Positions 51,076-58,643 of a DNA stretch of 64,000 bases are shown piece by piece; the stretch's first letter is position 1; each line of letters begins with the position of its first letter. Position numbers and translations under genes: made by a program. Source of the stretch: Candidatus Latescibacterota bacterium (GTDB lineage Bacteria > Latescibacterota > UBA2968 > UBA8231); the NCBI GenBank assembly GCA_965248265.1, contig CBDFJF010000001.1, forward strand, positions 1,952,001-2,016,000, read 5' to 3'. The notes below the pieces were generated by a model that worked only from the letters and a program-made list of their open reading frames with translations, ran no database searches and had not been told where the DNA came from.

Positions 51076-52599
51076 TCATTTCATAAGGGACGTTATGCCC
51101 TGGGTGATGGACTGGCGAGTAATAGTGGTTCGATTACCTAGCTCAGCGACCATCTGTGAACCCGCAAGATTGCCGATCAATCCGACAACATCCCAAGGTG
51201 CGTCCTGGGCGACAAGCACCGATGTGACGGCAAACACGGCGTCACCGGCTCCGACTCGGTCCCTGACACTGACCGCCAGAGCGGGGGCCTCGACGAAGTC
51301 ATCGCCAACGGTATAGTGTAGCGTACCATGCCTCCCGTGCGTTACCGTAAACTTCGGGCAGTCGATTTTCTGGGTAACCTCAACGACGAGGTCGCGCCAG
51401 TCACTGTGTCGCATTCTCGTTTCCAGAGCGACTTCGTGCATTGCCAGACACACGTAATCCGCTTGGGGATACTTCGAGATAGTGTTGAAACCTCGATTGC
51501 CGGCGTTGCATTGTGTGTTCACGCTCAGGAAGTTGGTGGAGCCACAGATCTCTGTTACTGCCTTCGGGGTGAGGAAGCCGTGTCCATAGTCGGCGACCAC
51601 CACTACGTCGTATGCGCCGACCTCCTCTTGTAGAATTTCCAGGGCCTGGCGCTCATCAACCGCCGGCATTACGTCATCCGCCATTGTGTACAGCTCGAAC
51701 ATCCTCGCGTTCGTATGGCGGTCCACGTAGCGACGCTTCCTGATAGTAGGCGCGCCGTGCCATGTAGCATATCTGTGTTTGACTTCGGGGAGCAGAGCAT
51801 CGCTGACAAAGTCTTCGCTCCTGTCGACATCGCCCAAACAGGTCACGAGCCCCACCTCGTTGCACAAACCTGCCAGGTGATTGGCTACAGCGATACTCCC
51901 GCCTCCATACCGCTCGGTCGACTGATAAAGAAAGGCGAGAACTGGATCCTTGTTGGATTTGCCCAAGCCGTCGCAGAAAACGTATTCGTCAATGATGGCC
52001 TCACCAACTACAAGAACTCGAAGATCCCGGATCCGCTCAAGGTATCGAAGAATGTCTTCCGTTGTTTGGCGACTTCGGAAGTCCGCCAGCCAATCCTCTG
52101 TCTCAGATGGGAATTGCTGTATGTGCGAGTTAATCAGATTGGACGAGCTGAAAAGGTTGTCATCCGTGAATTCAACCCTGGTCTCGGCCTCGGACGCCGC
52201 CTCCATTTCCGCCCTTAGGCCCGGAGACACGTCTTCGCTATTCCGAAACTCGCCTCCTTTGCAGTACACACTTGGCCGCAGCAACCTGATCGTCTCGGCT
52301 GCGTCTGCCCACTCGTTGACAGCGACATAGTCGACAACAAACATCGAGGCAATTGTCTCTGCGCGTACCGCGTCCGAGAAAACCGGCCGATGATTACCCT
52401 TGTTGACAAAGCGATCCGGTGTCACGGTAACCACCAGGCGCCCACCCCGCGAACGCGCCTGCTCGAAGTAGCGAATGTGACCCAGGTGCAGCAGATCGAA
52501 AACCCCATGACAGTGCACCACGGTGTCTCCTTGCTTCTTCCACTGCGCCACCACTGCAGCCAGGTCGGTGATGCTGACAATCTTACCTGAAGTCGTCAT
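51076..52599 (-). CDS. bifunctional nucleotidyltransferase / PfkB kinase (HldE-like, reversed domain order)
   Basis: N-terminal HGVFDLLHLGH and VNKG..RP; C-terminal VGEAIIDEY, DYGHG, DRVGAGDA. Confidence 0.92.
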   Translation of the reverse strand: MTTSGKIVSITDLAAVVAQWKKQGDTVVHCHGVFDLLHLGHIRYFEQARSRGGRLVVTVTPDRFVNKGNHRPVFSDAVRAETIASMFVVDYVAVNEWADAAETIRLLRPSVYCKGGEFRNSEDVSPGLRAEMEAASEAETRVEFTDDNLFSSSNLINSHIQQFPSETEDWLADFRSRQTTEDILRYLERIRDLRVLVVGEAIIDEYVFCDGLGKSNKDPVLAFLYQSTERYGGGSIAVANHLAGLCNEVGLVTCLGDVDRSEDFVSDALLPEVKHRYATWHGAPTIRKRRYVDRHTNARMFELYTMADDVMPAVDERQALEILQEEVGAYDVVVVADYGHGFLTPKAVTEICGSTNFLSVNTQCNAGNRGFNTISKYPQADYVCLAMHEVALETRMRHSDWRDLVVEVTQKIDCPKFTVTHGRHGTLHYTVGDDFVEAPALAVSVRDRVGAGDAVFAVTSVLVAQDAPWDVVGLIGNLAGSQMVAELGNRTTITRQSITQGITSLMK

Positions 52600-52847
52600 G
52601 ACCGCCCCTCAAAACGACGGTGTGAACTGTTGCAACCTAATCCGGCTCCGCCTCCGTCAACTACTTGTAGTGGCATCACGCAAGTATTGTTATTACAGGC
52701 TGTTGTGCATATTCGAGTATTTCTCAATCCCGCACACTTTTGTATCGCTTCCGTTGAGTCACGCTTTCGCCATGTACTGGCGCGTCCATGACGGCTATCA
52801 TATCGAGAAACACAAGCGTTGAGGAAATCCTGCTTCGTGAGATCCAT
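52596..52847 (-). other. 83-codon Cys-rich ORF of uncertain coding status
   Basis: GAGGGG RBS before ATG, stop overlaps the next ATG, six Cys; no recognisable family. Confidence 0.25.
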
Positions 52848-53008
52848 TATCCCCTCGCTCTGGTCTATTCAGTCTTGTGCCGAGCTTAGGAACAAAGATT
52901 AGCTACTGCAGGTAGAGCCGTGCGCAGCCAGCCGCTTAGTCGATACACGAATCATAATATGTTGTAGCATGATTAAGTCACTGTCTATAACAGAGTTACC
53001 TGGAGACG

Positions 53009-53281
53009 GTGCCGGCAGAGCGTTCGGTCAGCCACCTGGAGCGTCACGTGTCCGCCCTGCTCGCCCCCGCCGTTGAGACAGCCCGGGCGTTTGTGCGCGA
53101 ACAACCGGCGGTCAACATCGATGAAACCGGTTGGCGACAAGGCAACGACAAAGCCTGGTTTGGTCTGCGGTTGCAGACGACGTCACCGTCTTCGGGATCC
53201 GGCCCAGTCGTGGCCGCGACGTGCCCAGGAACTGCTGGGCGATGATGCCACGGCGGTCATCGGCTCCGAACTGTTCACTCG
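53009..53281 (+). mobile_element. IS66-family transposase (TnpC) internal relic
   Basis: VNIDETGWRQGNDKAW / WSAVADDVTVFGIRPSRG / ELLGDDATAVIGSE, split over shifted frames; no termini seen. Confidence 0.8.
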
Positions 53282-53283
53282 CA

Positions 53284-54405
53284 CTAGTCGCACGGACCCG
53301 ATTTGTCTCTGCATTCGTAGCATCCCTTGCAAATATCGGGAATCTGGCCTTCCAAGTGAGCCTTCCTGAAACGTCGGTACGGTTCACTGTTCCATTCAGT
53401 TGTAAAGTTTCGCGCATCCCCAAGATCGGCTACCGAGGGTTGTCCTATAATGCAGCATGGTACGATTCGCATGTCTGACGAGATATAAGCCCGCTCCCAG
53501 GGCCACGGGCATATGTTATCCGAGCTGTACTTCTCCTCTATGCGCCAGAACGTCACCTCGACCCCGGAACCTCTGCCCTGTTGTACTAACTGATTCGCCC
53601 GGCGAACATCTAGGCCATTGGAGACATTGCTGTCGACGTAGGCTCCGTGCCAATCTCCTCTCCACTCCCACAAGTCGAGTGAAAAAGTCAGCCTGCTGAA
53701 ACCCAATTCGACCGCTAGCGTTACCAACATCTCCAGCTCCTGAAGATTTCCCGACTGCACAACGACCCACATGCGCGTGCGCTTGTGCCCTACTTGCTGG
53801 CAGTAGCCATTCAGCATTGAGCAGTTTTCCTTGACGCGGCCCAACTTACCTCCCCGGCGAATCGACTCATACGTATCGTCTGTTGCACCATCGATCGATA
53901 TCTGCAACTCGCAGATATCGCTATCGATCACTCGTCTGTAAGCATCATTCAGGTGAAGGAGCGACGCATTGGAAGTCGACCTGACCCAGATCTGCTTACT
54001 TCTGGCATACGCAATCATGTCGGTATAGGTCTTGCCCAGCAAGGGCTCGCCGATGCCTTGAAGCTTGAGCTCGATAACACCGTACTGCTCGTCGATAACA
54101 CGTGTGAAGTCATCATAGTGTAGATCCTCGGCACGCGTGAACTTCGGCCAGTCGCTTACTGGACACATCGTGCAGTGAAAATTACAGCGGCTGACGTTCT
54201 CGACGTCCAGCTTGATTGGCATATAGTCGACGATCTCACCGCGTCTCGCCGCGAGATATCTCTCGTAATTTTGCCGTCGGAGTGGGTATCTCTTGAAGCC
54301 GTCTTCTAAGACGCGCTCATGAAACTCCAGATCGGGCGAAGGTTGCGGTAGTTCAGCAAGATCTAGAACCGAGTCGTTGGTCGTCGCCGGAAGTGATATG
54401 TCCAT
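53284..54405 (-). CDS. radical SAM enzyme with SPASM/twitch domain
   Basis: CNFHCTMC, GIGEPLL, ISIDG, CPWPW...VPCC...CKGC. Confidence 0.93.
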   Translation of the reverse strand: MDISLPATTNDSVLDLAELPQPSPDLEFHERVLEDGFKRYPLRRQNYERYLAARRGEIVDYMPIKLDVENVSRCNFHCTMCPVSDWPKFTRAEDLHYDDFTRVIDEQYGVIELKLQGIGEPLLGKTYTDMIAYARSKQIWVRSTSNASLLHLNDAYRRVIDSDICELQISIDGATDDTYESIRRGGKLGRVKENCSMLNGYCQQVGHKRTRMWVVVQSGNLQELEMLVTLAVELGFSRLTFSLDLWEWRGDWHGAYVDSNVSNGLDVRRANQLVQQGRGSGVEVTFWRIEEKYSSDNICPWPWERAYISSDMRIVPCCIIGQPSVADLGDARNFTTEWNSEPYRRFRKAHLEGQIPDICKGCYECRDKSGPCD

Positions 54406-54407
54406 GG

Positions 54408-55595
54408 TTACAGCCGTACGAAAGCGATGTTAGGCACTATCGGAGTTCTTTCGATCCTGACTTCGTTGAGATCAAGTACATCCAGCAACGCCTCTGTCTC
54501 ACCTGGCCAATCCTCATAGCACAACTCATCAATACATATCACTGAGCCTTTTGACATTCGGGGCAGACAAGCTCGCAACACGGCCGCCGTTGGCTCATAG
54601 AGATCTACGTCAAGATATAGCAAGGCGACAAGGATGCTCTTGTCGTTTTTCAGAGTTTCGGGGACGGTCCGCCTGACATCACCCTTGACGAGCCGCATCC
54701 GCGGTATCTGGGGGATCTTGCGCGTCTTATCTAGATGCTCGAACAAATCTACTATTTGATCGTATGCGCCCTCCGCGCTGTAGGTACCGGCCTTATAGAG
54801 CTCCGGGTACTTGGGTTGGGGTGGCATATCTTTGTCGGTCACCTCCGGGAAGCCAGTAAAGGTGTCAAAGCCATACACTCGCCTGCCATAGTTGACTGGC
54901 TCATATATCTCACCGAGGTGCAGCCACGTTGCCAGGCTGCCACCATACAGCACCCCGGCCTCGAATATCACTCCCGGAACACTGAGTATTGAACGATAGA
55001 TCTCGGCCTTGAAAAGGAACCTGGCTAGGTCCCTATGCCGAACCCAGCTTGGAAAGTTTTCCAGTTTTTCCCTAGTCGAAATCGGGAAACTCTCGAAATT
55101 CTTGACGACCGCATCCAGTGCGGAAAGCTCGTCGGACCGAATTCTAGTGCCTTGGAAAAGCTCACTGACAGGTTGATCGTCCTGCTCTTCTTGGTCTGAC
55201 ATTGCAGTAAAGGCTCCTATTTCGTCGAGTACTTCAGCATTATCGAACCTCGCTCTGGCGTACACAAGTCCCTCAAATGACTGCTCTCGTTCAACACACT
55301 CGTCCTCGAGGGCGAAATGCACATTACAGCTATTTACTGCCCGCAGGATGCCTCTCATTTCCTCGATGTCAGAGGGCAGCTGTGCCACCGTCGCGAATAT
55401 AATGTTTGCAACATCTCCGTGTTGCAGTCGCTCCAGTAGGTTTGGGTAGCATCTCCCGAGCACGAACTCAGAAACTATAGAATCGACTTCCAACGACAGC
55501 TGACTTGCCCTTTGGTTGATGAGGCAACTCTGCGCTTTCTGGGGAATGCGCCACGGGCTTAACTCCACGCTTGACACCACCCCCACCGTTTTCAT
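54408..55595 (-). CDS. fusion of a sporadic-carbohydrate-cluster (LIC12192-like) domain and a TylF/MycF-like O-methyltransferase
   Basis: N-terminal IPQKAQSCLI...SEF..GRCYPNL...QLP...VHFALED; C-terminal VPGVIFEAGVLYG, GFDTFTGFP, LYLDVDLYEPT, GSVICIDE. Confidence 0.8.
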   Translation of the reverse strand: MKTVGVVSSVELSPWRIPQKAQSCLINQRASQLSLEVDSIVSEFVLGRCYPNLLERLQHGDVANIIFATVAQLPSDIEEMRGILRAVNSCNVHFALEDECVEREQSFEGLVYARARFDNAEVLDEIGAFTAMSDQEEQDDQPVSELFQGTRIRSDELSALDAVVKNFESFPISTREKLENFPSWVRHRDLARFLFKAEIYRSILSVPGVIFEAGVLYGGSLATWLHLGEIYEPVNYGRRVYGFDTFTGFPEVTDKDMPPQPKYPELYKAGTYSAEGAYDQIVDLFEHLDKTRKIPQIPRMRLVKGDVRRTVPETLKNDKSILVALLYLDVDLYEPTAAVLRACLPRMSKGSVICIDELCYEDWPGETEALLDVLDLNEVRIERTPIVPNIAFVRL

Positions 55596-56377
55596 ATCAG
55601 ATTCCCAGTCGCGTACAGATCATATCCCTTCTGAAACAAAGGTTGAGTCGTAGACTGAACTCTCATGTCAAAACTAACTCTTGGCGATCCGCCGGTATTT
55701 TCATGAGCTCCGTGAACGATGCTGCACTCGAAGAGAATCGCCTGGCCAAACGTCAGTGTCACTCCGCCTGGCATCGCCGACTCGCGCTGTAAAACATGAC
55801 TGATCGGTTCGTCAAAACGATAGCTAGAGACAATCCGCGCCGATGACCTCCTGTCGAAAAGGTATATGCCGGACTCATCGGCAACGTCGTACATCGGCAC
55901 CCAGAGGGTGTAAGCGCAGGGCGAATGTCCGTAGTACACATCAGTATGTGCGGGCGTCGCATCCTGCCCCTCTCCTGGGACATTTACCCGCAAGTATATG
56001 CGCTTCTGGTAAAAGATTTCGTTCTTACAGAGCTTGGCGATCGCCGATCCAAAACTGTCAAGTACCGTTCGAGTACTCTCGAGCATGCCGTAGTTTACTG
56101 TCTTCAGAAGTAAGTTCAGCTCGGCAGGGGTCACAGCCATCAAGAGATCGGACACAGAATCGTCCGGGTTGGCATTGGGAACGTTGGATCTGACGATGTG
56201 CTCAAATCGATCTCTGAAGAGAGCCAGTCCACTCAGGTTATCGGCATCAATCACGGCCCAGCCCGTTGTAGTGATATCTTCGATAAGCGTATCGTTCGCC
56301 AACGTCTGTCCTTGCCGGCGGTACGGGCGACGGTGGAATTGCTCGCCCGGCTCGGGCTCATCTCCGGGCATCGTCAT
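55592..56377 (-). CDS. 2OG-Fe(II) dioxygenase (PhyH-like)
   Basis: PAHTDVYYGHS, YTLWVP, IVHGAHEN...RVSFDMR (HxD...H triad plus 2OG-binding Arg); ATGA-coupled at both ends. Confidence 0.88.
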   Translation of the reverse strand: MTMPGDEPEPGEQFHRRPYRRQGQTLANDTLIEDITTTGWAVIDADNLSGLALFRDRFEHIVRSNVPNANPDDSVSDLLMAVTPAELNLLLKTVNYGMLESTRTVLDSFGSAIAKLCKNEIFYQKRIYLRVNVPGEGQDATPAHTDVYYGHSPCAYTLWVPMYDVADESGIYLFDRRSSARIVSSYRFDEPISHVLQRESAMPGGVTLTFGQAILFECSIVHGAHENTGGSPRVSFDMRVQSTTQPLFQKGYDLYATGNLI

Positions 56378-57123
56378 TCTGCGTAGACGATGAACGACTT
56401 CCCCCACCAGCCTACTGAAAGATGAGGTTCGAATAAGAAGCTGCTGCTATCCGCGAAATCGGAGAACGCGCGCGCAACGCCCTTCTTAGGAGAGCCCTTA
56501 TAGCCGGCATACATGTCATCTATATAGAGCACGCTTCCCTCCTGCAGAAGGGGCTCGATGAAATTGAACACGGGTATCGCAGACTCGAGCAGGTCGCAGT
56601 CCACGCAGACCATGGCAATCCTGGTGTCCCTATCGAGCAGTTCGCGCTGAAGTTCTTGTGTGAGGGACTTGTCATAGTAGCCGCCGACGGTCTCGACTTT
56701 GTCGACGTAGATGCCATGGTCATTGATCATGCACATGAATTCCTGCTCAGACGTCGCAAGTGCTCCCGCAGTCCACCCCTCATGGTCTGGTTCCGATGCC
56801 GGCTCCGGCAACCCGGCAAAACTGTCGAAGGCCAGGAACTCCATTGAGTCGAGGTTGTGGCGCCTCGCTTCTGTCAGTGCCATGCGGAATGTTCGGGCCC
56901 GGTGACATCCAAACTCGTAGTAGGCACCGATAATGCCATTCTCCTTGAGGTAATCGAAAGCTATTGCATAGTACGCGTATTTAATGGCTTGTCTGTTTGT
57001 CTGGCTATAGAGCACCTCATCGGCGTCCGACCAGTTCGCCAAAGCTGTACCGTCGGCGAGGTGAACCCACGGTTCACCCGCAGCCGCCTCGAGTCCAAAA
57101 AGTCCGGAAGGTACCTGTTTCAA
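56374..57123 (-). CDS. TylF/MycF/NovP-family O-methyltransferase
   Basis: YYEFGC, AFDSFAGLP, VCVDCDLLES, GSVLYIDD; AGGAGG RBS before TTG. Confidence 0.88.
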   Translation of the reverse strand: MKQVPSGLFGLEAAAGEPWVHLADGTALANWSDADEVLYSQTNRQAIKYAYYAIAFDYLKENGIIGAYYEFGCHRARTFRMALTEARRHNLDSMEFLAFDSFAGLPEPASEPDHEGWTAGALATSEQEFMCMINDHGIYVDKVETVGGYYDKSLTQELQRELLDRDTRIAMVCVDCDLLESAIPVFNFIEPLLQEGSVLYIDDMYAGYKGSPKKGVARAFSDFADSSSFLFEPHLSVGWWGKSFIVYAE

Positions 57124-57481
57124 CTCAGCGCTCCTCCTTGGGCCAAGGTACGGTCCCCACTCGGCAGCCTACACCGGGAGGCTGCAGGGGTTCCTGATGC
57201 GGATGTGACATTCCGTGTGGCGCTTGACGCCACGGGACTGACCAGAGAAAGCGGCAACAAATGCGAGCGGAACGATGACACCCCGGACCTACCCCAGTTT
57301 CCATTGACGAACATCAATAGCCGACCGTGCAGTCAAGGATCTGCACCCCCCAGCCATCGGGGACGTAAGAGCAGAGTGTGTAAGCCCACAGAGGCGTGAA
57401 CCGAGCACCGGAGTTCTGCTCGTAGTACACCTCTGGCGCATGTACGAAGCAAATTCGCCCTTTGTCGCTGTTAGTACGCAT
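57120..57481 (-). pseudogene. relic of a cobalamin-binding radical SAM gene
   Basis: 55-aa frame 57314..57481 MRTNSDKGRICFVHAPEVYYEQNSGARFTPLWAYTLCSYVPDGWGVQILDC resembles a B12-binding domain start; 57120..57317 may be the C-terminal stub. Confidence 0.6.
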
Positions 57482-57547
57482 CAAGCTGTATCCTGCGCTG
57501 GAGAATGGGTGTGTAAGTCCTTAGTGTACGAAGAACCATCTGACCTG

Positions 57548-58437
57548 TCAGCACACAGGACCGCGTCGGGCAATCACGATGAACATGTCGCCGAAATTCA
57601 CGGGAATGCGGATGGCCTTCGCCCACCCGCCAGGAACGTGCAAGCCTGCCCTGCTCAGCAAGTAGTTCAGCGAGAATACCTTGGAGTAGCGTACCACTTG
57701 CTGGACCTCGAACCCCACAACCTCCAACATTCGGCTGAGTGTGGCCGGCGAGAAGTGGTACAGGTGAAACCGCATCAGCCATGGAATAACGCCGACCCAT
57801 GAGCCTGGCGGCAAGACTACTTATATCGTGAGTCGAGACGGCGATGCCGCCACCCGGCCGTAGCCATGACCTGATCGAGGCGAAAGCCGACTTCGGGTCT
57901 TGAAGATGCTCGGCTACGTCCCACAGGGTTACGAAGTCAAAAGAACCGGGTCGGAACTGGGCCTCTTCAGCACTGCCGCGAACGACAGGACAGTCGCACG
58001 CCTGTCTTGCGTGGCGAGCTGCCCAATTGGACGGTTCGAGACCAGTGCAGAGGTAGCCCGATTTCTTCGCCTCACTGAGGAAAACGCCAGCGTAGCATCC
58101 CACATCGAGCAATTCAGCGCCTGCAGCGTAACGACCGATCTCCTTTAGATGGCTTCTGAAGGTAACTGCTCGCTCATCCCAGGTTTCGAGGTACGCTTGA
58201 TCGACCACTTCTGCATAGAGTTGTGAAATCCACCGCATCTCGTGGGTTCATGAAGACGAGGTCGCAGTGCCGGCATCTTACTATGTCGTGGTATCTGCCG
58301 TAGGCGGGAGCCGTGCTGACGAACTCTTCCACGGACGCCTGCCCGTGTCCGATAGTACTTGGATGAACCAGTTCGAAGTCTTCCTCGCCGCACAGATTGC
58401 ACGGCACGACCTCAGAAATGGTTGACGATGTCATCAT
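57548..58437 (-). CDS. Zn-ribbon class I SAM methyltransferase, two frameshifts (about 58228 and 57785)
   Basis: CNLC...CRHCDLVFMNPR / LLDVGCYAG...LWDVAEHLQDP...MGRRY / PWLMRFHLYHFSPATL join into one typical protein. Confidence 0.8.
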
Positions 58438-58501
58438 CGCAGATTGCTGCGTCGATCATTTGGGCATCCTTCGTCCCCCAGTCACGTCGATGATTTCTCC
58501 G

Positions 58502-58514
58502 TAACTGATTGATA
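58502..58514 (-). promoter_or_regulatory. IHF consensus site
   Basis: Minus strand TATCAATCAGTTA is an exact WATCAANNNNTTR match, in an intergenic AT-rich patch. Confidence 0.4.
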
Positions 58515-58643
58515 AAAAAGGAATTCCGCGGTGTACTAGGCGCAAAGACGGGAGGCCAGCGAGGCCTCGAAAGTCAAGGCAAACGGCCGCAAAAGAAGGT
58601 TCAGGCTGCCGGCTGAACGGCAAGTTGCCACGTCATTGAGGAT

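Noticed and set aside
53009-53281. Active IS66 element
   Set aside because: Only about 270 bp, frameshifted; no tnpA/tnpB, terminal repeats or target duplication seen.
32099-57123. Phosphonate, phosphoramidate or nonulosonate pathway
   Set aside because: No PEP mutase, glutamine kinase or NeuB/NeuA motifs found.
57120-57317. Resemblance between this Ser-rich ORF and 60769..61011 as a peptide family
   Set aside because: Low-complexity similarity only; both are better explained as relic DNA.
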